A DNA stretch of 64,000 bases, from the NCBI RefSeq assembly GCF_001194135.2, contig NC_069008.1, positions 15,217,667 to 15,281,666 of the forward strand. Direction: 5' to 3'. Position numbers and translations under genes: made by a program. The notes below the pieces were generated by a model. That model was not told where the DNA came from, made no database searches, and was given only the letters and a program-made list of their open reading frames with translations. This document shows positions 54,654 through 64,000 of this stretch, one piece after another (positions within the stretch are counted from its first letter, which is position 1; each line of letters begins with the position of its first letter). Origin of the DNA: Octopus bimaculoides (lineage: Eukaryota).

Positions 54654-55580
54654 AGTATCCGTTATAAGCTGAATTGAAAGAAACAGATTTTGAAACGATA
54701 TTGTCGGGTCCCTCGTATCATTAATAATACCTGATTGGTAAAAGTAGATTACTGCCCTTGTTTATATTCCACAAGGGCCCGTTTCTGTTTTGTTTTGATA
54801 TAACGAAGGAAAGTGTTGTATACAGTGCTCTGCTGCACTACAACTAAAAAAAAAATGTATAGGCAAGACTTCCTTTTGTACCCAAACACCTTTTTATATA
54901 TATTTTTTTCTACACAAACCCCCATTTTCGGCTACGGAGAATACGAATCTGCAAAAAAATTGGCAAAAATCGGCATTTTGAAATTAATCCCCACACCCCC
55001 ACCCCGCTAATTTCTTTTTGTGTTTGTTGATAGAAAATTTCATGTTTCATGGTGAGCAACCTAGTTAAATGCAGGAGCTTATATACGGCTAGTCACTCTG
55101 CTAGAAATAGCCATCAAATCTGTCTCAAATCACATTGTATTATCTTAATAAAGGATACATTAGACAACCTAACTTTTGAAAAAACAAAAACAAAAGATGT
55201 GCAATGTCTTTGTAGATCTGCTTGATTAGGGATGACCTAGGGCTAAGCAATAAGAACAACAATAGTAACAATTACAAGGAAGTCAGTATTGAATGCAATA
55301 TATTATTTATTTAGAGAATTCATTGAAACCAAAATCACTTGTTACAAAACTAGGCAGAAGGTTTGCAATTTCGAGGGGAGGGTGTTAGTCAGTAGCGATG
55401 ACCCCCAGTACTTTATTAGTACTTTATTTTATAGACTCTGGAAGAATGATATGTGAAGTTAACGTTGGCAAGGTTTGACTGCAGAACGTAAAGAGCCTCA
55501 AGTAACACCACAAACCATCTTTCCATCACTCTACCGATTCTGCTAATCCACTGCTGTAAATTACCTCCTTTAGAGTGCTA

Positions 55581-55700
55581 CTCTATCAGCTGCTCTCCAA
55601 CATCATGGCCCAGTGTGCCACTCTATCAGCTGCTCTCCAACATCATGGCCCAGTGTGCCACTCTATCAGCTGCTCTCCAACATCATGGCCCAGTGTGCCA
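55581..55700. repeat. 40-bp tandem repeat, 3 perfect copies
   Basis: CTCTATCAGCTGCTCTCCAACATCATGGCCCAGTGTGCCA at 55581, 55621 and 55661. Confidence 0.95.
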
Positions 55701-56161
55701 CAACCACTAAAAAGTTAGACTTCAATTGAAATTTATTATTAAAGCTTGAACCTCGTTAGCATTCTTAGGTCAGAAATTTAGTCTCTGAGTTCAAATCCCA
55801 ATCAGTTGTTCTAAATATACACTTAAGTAACCGATTGATAATCTGTAATTAAATTGATTGAACTGCGTGAAAAAAAAATGTAAACATTGAAACTTTTTTT
55901 TTGCCTTTAAAGATGAAATTAATTGTTTGGAAATTGTGCTAAGCTAATTAAATACCTGTGAGTATATGTTTATATCTAGTCATTAGTGTGTGTGTGTGTG
56001 AATGTCTGTTCTTATGTATATGTGTGTGTTTACATATATGTGTGTGTATCTGTATATATGTGTTTGTCTATGTATGCGTATATCTATGTGTGCCTGTGTA
56101 TGTGTGTGTGTGTGTGTATTGCTAATGCTGTTTCAATACAATCCAGCCATGACTCGCACCA

Positions 56162-56281
56162 TTAAAGTTTAGCACCATACCGTGGTGCTACACCAGCTTC
56201 TCTGATCATAGCCACAACATCTTTTGCACAACCAACGAAAGTTGTCAGACCACAGCCACCATGACCGTAGTTGTTAATGAC
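56162..56281 (-). CDS. DAO: D-amino-acid/D-aspartate oxidase family, terminal coding exon
   Basis: Acceptor TTTTCTCTCCCTTTAG; VINNYGHGGCGLTTFVGCAKDVVAMIREAGVAPRYGAKL*, with the NYGHGG motif and a PTS1-type AKL. Confidence 0.9.
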   Translation of the reverse strand, partial: VINNYGHGGCGLTTFVGCAKDVVAMIREAGVAPRYGAKL

Positions 56282-56296
56282 CTAAAGGGAGAGAAA

Positions 56297-56332
<36 letters not shown>

Positions 56333-56774
56333 CACAATGCTTTCTACTATAGAAACAAGGCCTTAAATTTGGGGAGAGGGGTTAGTCAATTATATCGACT
56401 CCAGTGCTTCATCAGTACTTATTTTATTGACCCAGAAAGGATGAAATGCAAAGTGGACCTCGGCAGAAATTGAATTTAGAACATAAAGATGGACGAAATA
56501 TTGCTAAGCATTTTGCTTGGCATGCTAATGATTCTGTCAGCTCACAACCTTAATAACATATATAATAACAACAATATATGTACTTCAGTTGTGTAACCAC
56601 ACGTGTGCTTTTTTTGCACTATTTTTTCTTCTCACCAAACGTTTCCTCTTTCTGACAAAGAGCCATGCTCAAAATGTTACACACACCCTCTCTTTCCATC
56701 TTAAACTGTGAGTCAACCTTTTACATTCACTGAGTATGTCCTGTCAACTTGTTTTTAATTTTGTTTCTGATTTT

Positions 56775-56825
<51 letters not shown>

Positions 56826-56827
<2 letters not shown>

Positions 56828-57716
56828 CATCGCCTTTCTGGCACTTGTGCCCGCGGCATGTGTAAGGACTTTCGAGCAAGGTCATTGCCAGTGCCCCTGG
56901 ACTGGCTCCTGTGCGGGTGGCACGTAAAAGCACCCTCTACACTCTCTGAGTATTTGGCGTTAGGAAGGGCATCCAGCTGTAGAAACTCTGCCAAATCAGA
57001 TTGGAGCCTGGTGTAGCCATCTGGTTTCACCAGTCCTCAGTCAAATCATCCAACCCATGCTAGCATGGAAAGCGGATGTTAAACGACGATGATATATATA
57101 TCAGATTAAGCACTTAAATGTGAAACAAGGTGGAAAAAATAGTACTCAAATACCAGAGATAGAGTAATATGCTTTATTATAAAGCAGCAAAAATATCACA
57201 AAAACTGTTACTCAGAGTTTCACGTTCTGATTCATCAGACAGTTTTGTTTAGAATATATATAAACAAACCTGTCCGACAAATGGGAACATGAAACTCTGA
57301 GTAACAGACAGTTTCTGTAATATTTTTGCTGCTTTTTAATAACGTGTATATATATATATATATACCAGTTGTTTGTCTGTCTGTGCCTTTATTCTTATTG
57401 TATCAAAAGGCATTTTAGAAGCTTCCTTGATCCAGTGTCAACTATCAAAGTTTAAGAATTTGTTTTTGGTATACAAGACATTCGAGCGAGTTCGTTGCCA
57501 GTACCGCCTAACTGGCCTTCGTGCCGGTGGCATGTAAAAGCACCCACTACACTCTCTGAGTGGTTGGCATTAGGAAGGGTATCCAGCTGTAGAAACTCTG
57601 CCAAATCAGATTGGAGCCTGGTGTAGCCACCTGGTTCACCAGTCCTCAGTCAAATCGTCCAACCCATGCTAGCATGAAAAGCGGACGTTAAACGATGATG
57701 ATGATGATGAAGATGA
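56826..57716 (+). mobile_element. Two RTE-type 3' end fragments (56826-57092 and 57478-57716)
   Basis: Both end GCATG(G/A)AAAGCGGA.GTTAAACG(GAT)n. Confidence 0.7.
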
Positions 57717-57837
57717 TCTCAACCTCAAACTCCTCTATACTTGTGATGGAAGCGGTAAACTCAAAATAGTCTTATATGTTAATTGGTGTGTGATAAAGGC
57801 ATGATAATTAAAGATATGAAGCGGTGGAAACCTAGTA

Positions 57838-60161
57838 CAGTAATGCCTCACTTTACGGGGACCTATTTTACAAGACCCCAGATTTACAAGTCTTATTTTA
57901 TAATGAATATAAAAAGGTTAAACAGCCATTTTATAGAGTAAAATGATGTCATAAAATTTCAATGTCTTAGTTTGTCCATGCTCAAGGGTTATTGACGAGA
58001 AGGGACAAAGAGAGATGTCACTAGAGGACCGTTAGGGGACGAGATGACATCACATCAGCAAGCAACAGGGCACCTCTCTCCCTTTTTTATGGCGTCTGTG
58101 GAAGTGGCAAGACGGTAGTGTCAACATGTGATAACTAAAGGATCTGGCCATAGTTCCCGAGTGCAATTCAAGGTGAGAGCAACTATATTTTCATGCTTCG
58201 AAACTACTTGGTATTTTTAAAACCCACTCAATATGTACAATGGACACCGATGGGAACAAAAAGAAATGAAAAGCCATCATTTTGGAAATGAAGAGCAAAG
58301 TTGTAAAAATATACAATGGTGGTACAACTGTGAAAAACATTTGTGACAAATTTTCACTTACCTCATCGACTGTCTGCACAATTCTCAAAGCAAAACAGAA
58401 ATATTTATCTTATGTGAGAAATGCGCAGCCTTTGCAATCAACCTGGGCTCATAAAAGAGATGATGAAAGCATTATTCTAGAAATGGAAAAACTTTTAAAT
58501 GCACGGATAAGTGACAAAACACAATGCATGCATATGAATGTTAATCAGGCGTCGATTTGTAGCAAAGTATTGTCTCATTTCAATATGCTTTAAGAAATGA
58601 AAGGTGACACAAATGAAACTTTTGTTGCAAGCAGAGGATGGTTTGTTTGATTTAAAAATCGACATAGGTGGTATTCCGTCAAAATACAAGAAGTATCAAG
58701 CACTGATGTTGATGCAGCAGAAAAATCTCCAGAAACATTGGCAGAAATTATTGAAGAACGGAGCTACTTGCCACAACTGATTTTGAATGCTGGTGAAACA
58801 CAACTTTTCTGGAAATGTGTGCCATCCAGAAGTTATATTGCTATGGAAGACTCTACACTGTCTGGTTTTAAAATTGCAAAAGATCGACTGACATTATTAT
58901 TTGGAGGAAATGCACCTGGGGATTTGAAATTAAAATCAATGCTAGTTTATTGAGTGGAAAATCCTAGGACACTTAAAGACATCTTAAGAAGTACCCTTCC
59001 AGTCATGGAAATCTAATAAAAAGGTTTGAGTTACAGCAACATTATTTGAAGAAGGCGTTTCATATCACTTTTTGCCAGAAATTAAGAAATATTGTGATAA
59101 GAACTAACTTCCATTTCATGTAACATTGTTTATTGACAATGCATTGAGCCACCCTTCAATTCTGCAACATCTCCATCCTAAGTTATTTTTTTGCCTCCAA
59201 ATAAAATATCACTTTTGCAACCAATGGACCAGGGTGTTATTGCAACTTTTGAAGCCCATTATCTATGTTACACATTTGCAATGCTGCAGGAAGAAACAAA
59301 CAAAGAAGGAGGACCTATTGTAATGGAATTCTGGAAAAATCACAACATTTATACAGCAGTAAAAATCATAGGAAATGCATGGGATAATATAACTCAAAAG
59401 AACATGAGGGGCATTTGGAAAAACTTTGCCGTCTTAATGATTTTGAGGGTTTTGAATCACTGCAGTAATATGTACAAAAAGAAACAGAAGAAATTGTAAA
59501 CCTGGCAAATGAATTGAATCTCGACATATTGGCAAATGAAGCCGCTTTAGTAACATAGTGATGAACTCACCAGCGAAAACCTTATTGCAATGCAAGAGCA
59601 AGCAACAATAGAAGAGGGAAAAGACACAGTTGATGAAACACCAGTTAATGCATTCTTGTTGAAAGGACTCATGAAAGCATTTCAACATTTGGATAAAGCC
59701 TTGGAAATTTTTCAAGCACAAGATCCAAATTTTGAACAAAGAGCTTCTACTATCACAAGTGCCTCTGCATGTTAATGAGAAATTTAAGCAAACAATTCTA
59801 GACTTGTTTTTTTAAAAAAGAAATCTACAAGTCTGTCAACGAGTGCTAATAAATCAGTGATCGCATCTACAAGTGATGATGTTCATGAGTCTAGCGTGAG
59901 GGAGTGAAAGTGATTCAGAAAACAATCATAATAATATTTTTCATTACAAACGACCCTGACATTCTTTTTACTTTACAAGAAATATTCTTTACATTCTACT
60001 GTTGTTTTGTTGCCATTTATTTACGAGTGTTGTAAATTTTATAGGTAAAATATTTTTCTGGGAATGAATTATGATTTATAACATTGTGCTATGGGAAATT
60101 ATTGCTCTGCTTTATGAGTGGTCTTCGGGATCAAATTAATTCCTACTTTGAGGCATTACTG
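57838..60161 (+). mobile_element. Full-length decayed Tigger/pogo transposon, 2324 bp
   Basis: 13-bp perfect TIR CAGTAATGCCTCA with TA on both sides. Broken frames give an HTH, FVASRGWF, LNAGETQLFWK, KDRLTLL, IDNALSHP and LLQPMDQGVI. Confidence 0.9.
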
Positions 60162-60394
60162 TATTAAGTTTATCAGAGATACAATTAAATCAACCAGTGA
60201 TGACCTGTGTGTTTTACGAAAGATCTGAAAGTGACTTTTTGATTTGCTGTATATCAACTTAATGGAGATGTTCCTAATATAGTCTTCTTTGTGGCTCTCT
60301 CTCCTAGATAAAGTTGGTTGTGAAATAGGGATTCAGTCAAAGAATAGGAGTAAGAGTAAAAGGAAGAGACAGTAGTAGAGATAAGAGAACTCAC

Positions 60395-60493
60395 CTGTTT
60401 AGTCCGACCATTAAATGTGACAATTTCCTGGTCCAGACGGGTTTGTTTCCTAAATGGTCTCAGTCCAACTCTTGTCTCCAAAATTTCCACATT
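60395..60493 (-). CDS. DAO: DAO-family penultimate exon (99 nt, phase 0-0)
   Basis: CTCTGTCTCTCAG|NVEILETRVGLRPFRKQTRLDQEIVTFNGRTKQ|GTGAGT; GLRP motif. Confidence 0.9.
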
Positions 60494-60936
60494 CTGAGAG
60501 ACAGAGAAAAAATGATTTACGACAATACAATCTTTGCTATCAAATACTTATATGGTTAATAATGAGTAATGGAATTAGGTGTGGAGAAGATTAGATTGTT
60601 GACCATTCTAATGCTTTACACTCAAGACTATGATACTCTACCATGATTCCTGCAGAATCCACTTTGTTGCCAAGATTTATGTAGAGTCTGGGATAATTGG
60701 ATCTCTTCCATCCACCAAACTCAGAGAATAAGGAACAATCATTGTTTTGTTTTCCCCTCTTTCTCCTCCTGCACTTCATTACCCATGTATGAATGATATG
60801 GTCATATCCCATGTCATGTAACAGAAACTGTCTCAACTATTCTGACCACAAACAAATACTATTATCAGACAAGAACCACAAGGCCTCTAAATACCTGATC
60901 CACAAGGATGCAGCTATTGCAGTCAACATCAATACA

Positions 60937-61320
60937 TTCTATTATTATTACTATTGTTCAGTAGTTTTATTTTTATAATGTGCTTTCACTTCACTACCGA
61001 GCGCAGCTCTGTGCGCCTTGGGTATGTGCTGTGGTTTGCTGTGGTGCTCTTATGGTTACTGTATTGAAAGTGTTTTGCGTAGGATGTGTGCAGTGCCCAA
61101 TAGTGCAATTTTCTGTATGTTATATATATTTGTAAGTCCTGATGTTTTTGTTATGCATTTGTTTGAATATTTTTTTATTATACCTAAGGCACCTACTATG
61201 ATAGGAATTGTTTCTGATTTTAGATTCCACATTCGAGTTACCTCTATTTCCAGGTCTTTTTTGTATTTTGATAGTTTCTCCATTTATTTTAGGGAAACGT
61301 TGTCATCTGCTGGTATTGAT
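60937..61320 (-). mobile_element. R4/Dong-like non-LTR retrotransposon 3' end
   Basis: EKLSKYKKDLEIEVTRMWNLKSETIPIIVGALG...IQKIALLGTAHILRK (RLE C-terminus); 3' UTR ends in a (TAA)n-like tail. Confidence 0.7.
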
Positions 61321-61745
61321 AACCTTGATGTTCTAGATCACAATTCCATCTATAGTTTCTTACAAACCACCATTCCTCATCTCTGTATTTTTAAAATGTA
61401 GAGTTTACAATGTGAGACGGTTGTCTGCTGTTGGATAATTAATAAGTTTCTGAGTTAGGGATGAAGAGCTCTTTCTGAAATGTAAGAAATCACTTCTGCT
61501 TGTGGCACAAACCTATGGCACACAAACTTATGACACCAAAACCTACATTTTTTGAATTTTCATTTTTTTATTTTCACACAGATACATAGTGCTGGTGCCA
61601 CATGAAAAGCAGTCTTTACACTCTGTAAAGTAGTTGGCATTAGGAATGATATCTAACTGTAGAATCCATGCCAAAATAGACTCTGGTTCATTGGATCATT
61701 TCAAACCATCCAACCTAAGCTAGCATGGAAAATGGACATTAAATA

Positions 61746-61792
<47 letters not shown>

Positions 61793-61882
61793 GGTGATGA
61801 TACTGGCCATTATTAGTTTCCTAGGGTTTCAGTGATTTTTGAATAGATTGAAGCATAAAAATGGAGAAAAGAGCCTATTTAC

Positions 61883-62000
61883 CTTCAAACTGGGCACAAC
61901 TTGAGCACAGCTGTCCAATATGTGTCTTTGGTCCTCTTCATTCGGAGTAGTGTCCCAGTTGCCTTCTTGATCTGTTCCTCCCATAACAACATAGTTCTTC
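61883..62000 (-). CDS. DAO: DAO-family internal exon (118 nt)
   Basis: TAAAG|g KNYVVMGGTDQEGNWDTTPNEEDQRHILDSCAQVVPSLK|GTAAAT; in frame with the next exon. Confidence 0.88.
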
Positions 62001-62163
62001 CTTTACATATACATTATATATATATATGTATATATATGTATATACATACACACACACACATATGTATGTACATATATATACATATATATATGTACATCTA
62101 AATATTTATAAACATTTGTATATTCAGACATATATACATGTATACACAAATTCACACATGTAC

Positions 62164-62195
<32 letters not shown>

Positions 62196-63229
62196 NNNNN
62201 NNNNNNNNNNNNNNNNNNNNNNNNNNNNNNNNNNNNNNNNNNNNNNNNNNNNNNNNNNNNNNNNNNNNNNNNNNNNNNNNNNNNNNNNNNNNNNNNNNNN
62301 NNNNNNNNNNNNNNNNNNNNNNNNNNNNNNNNNNNNNNNNNNNNNNNNNNNNNNNNNNNNNNNNNNNNNNNNNNNNNNNNNNNNNNNNNNNNNNNNNNNN
62401 NNNNNNNNNNNNNNNNNNNNNNNNNNNNNNNNNNNNNNNNNNNNNNNNNNNNNNNNNNNNNNNNNNNNNNNNNNNNNNNNNNNNNNNNNNNNNNNNNNNN
62501 NNNNNNNNNNNNNNNNNNNNNNNNNNNNNNNNNNNNNNNNNNNNNNNNNNNNNNNNNNNNNNNNNNNNNNNNNNNNNNNNNNNNNNNNNNNNNNNNNNNN
62601 NNNNNATGTGTATATATGTGTTTTTATATCATTAATAAATTCGTAGAACTCATCAATAATATATTCAGGAAATCAATATTTAATATTTTGAAAGATATAC
62701 ATCCAACATAACATGGTAACATAATAAATTTAAAAGTTTAAAACATAAATATACGGAATATAAATATGAATTCATATAAAAATCTAAAAATAGATTTATA
62801 TATGTTTAAATATATATGCGTATAAAAATTTATGTATAAATAAGCATGAGTATTATAAATTCTAAAATATAAAATATAAAGAAACCTAAAGTTTAAAGAA
62901 TGAAATATCTTACGATCGTATGTATGTATCTGTGTATGTGTGTCTTGCTGCATATATCCATGAAAGTTACAGACAACAATGAGAAAGCTGATAAGTTGGA
63001 GCATTCGGATGAAAATACTGTGTGGCTTATTTGCAGCCAACATTTCTTTGTGAAAGTTGCTCTGAAAGAAGTAGTGAACCAGTAAGGGGACTTGTTAGAG
63101 ACTCTGAAAGCAATGGTGTTACTGTTTCCAGAATGCAGGATACTGTGAAAGTAAGTTGTTATCTTTCATGAGGAAATCTCTTGTAATACTCTCTGTTCAC
63201 TTCAAAGAATTTATGGAAATGTGTTTCCT

Positions 63230-63649
63230 TGTTCTTTTCTTTTTCTTTCAATCGTTTCTGTCATTTGATTGCGGTCATGCTGGAGCATCGCCCTTTTAGC
63301 CGAACAAATCAACCCCAGGACTTATTCTTTGTAAGCCTGGTACTTATTCTATCGGACTATTTTGCTGAACTGCTAAGTTACAGGGACATAAACACACCAG
63401 CATCAGTTGTCACACAATGGTGGGGGTCAAACATGGACACACAAACACACACACACACATGCATATGTATATATATATATATAAATAATGGGTTTCTTTC
63501 AGTTTTTGTCTACCAAATCCACTCACAAGGCTTTGGTCAGCCCGAGGCTATAGGAGAAGACACTTGCCCAAGGTCTCACACAGTGGGACCAAACCCAGAA
63601 CCATTTGGTTGGTAAGCAAGGTACTTACCACACAGCCACTCCTGCACCT
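63230..63649 (-). mobile_element. tRNA-derived SINE, same family as 35302-35692
   Basis: Colinear match across head, core and tail. Confidence 0.8.
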
Positions 63650-63788
63650 ATATGTAAATTGTTTAAATTCTTCCAATAAAAAGTGGTTATGTTATGACTT
63701 AAACACAAATCTCAATCAATGGAAGTTAGATGCAACAATAATATTGAGTTATAAGCTGCAAACTAGAGAATACTTATTCTGGTGGTGA

Positions 63789-64000
63789 GAGTCACAACAC
63801 CTACTGAAAGAATGGACTTCACCAAACGACTATAAATAGTAACAGTCCGAGTCACAACACCTACTGAAAGAATGGACTTCACCAAACGACTATAAATAGT
63901 AACAGTCTGAGTCACAACACCTACTGAAAGAATGGACTTCACCAAACGACTATAAATAGTAACAGTCTGAGTCACAACACCTACTGAAAGAATGGACTTC
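63789..64000. repeat. 60-bp minisatellite, at least 3.5 near-identical copies, running off the window
   Basis: GAGTCACAACACCTACTGAAAGAATGGACTTCACCAAACGACTATAAATAGTAACAGTC(C/T); period 60. Confidence 0.95.

Larger units (their letters stand above)
52699..54779 (-). mobile_element. Merlin/IS1016-like DNA transposon, internally deleted, with nested SINE and MITE
   Basis: Inverted ends GGCACTCATGGAATCTAAACAA / GGCCCTTGTGGAATATAAACAA (18/22) plus an about 50-bp subterminal match (CAATCAGGTATTATTAATGATACGAGG). No clean target duplication seen. Confidence 0.55.

Noticed and set aside
62948-63085. WLICSQHF resembling a THAP-domain motif
   Set aside because: The other THAP residues are missing; short AT-rich ORF with no support.
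63789-64000. CRISPR-like regular repeat
   Set aside because: Units are identical end to end with no unique spacers, and the context is eukaryotic with no cas genes.

Overview
AT-rich eukaryotic genomic DNA with 8 assembly gaps. The SINE/RTE repeat content and gene type point to a coleoid cephalopod, probably Octopus (inference). Positions 1-50.4 kb hold a cluster of C2H2 zinc-finger genes, each with a single coding exon: six apparently coding copies (ZNF-3, -4, -5, -6, -7, -9 with 11-15 fingers) plus ZNF-10 (17 fingers), two frameshifted copies (ZNF-1, -2), one array-less relic (ZNF-8) and an orphan 3' end. The copies share a 22-24 aa N-terminal peptide that I do not recognise as KRAB, BTB or ZAD. 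They also share a composite promoter (GGAAGT, 9 bp, GCGCATGCG; ETS plus NRF1 type), a non-coding first exon with a conserved GTAAGT donor, a 52-bp intronic repeat and a conserved TTTCAG acceptor followed by a 4-codon uORF. Two head-to-head pairs form bidirectional promoters. First introns contain several foldback MITEs, some with GG termini and about 8-bp duplications, and a Merlin-like element with an open but DDE-less transposase ORF sits at the cluster edge. From 56 to 62 kb, three spliced exons that the ORF track does not call as a gene encode the C-terminus of a peroxisomal D-amino-acid/D-aspartate oxidase ending in AKL, with a decayed full-length Tigger/pogo element in its last intron. 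RTE, R4/Dong, mariner and hAT relics, tRNA-derived SINEs and minisatellites are interspersed.
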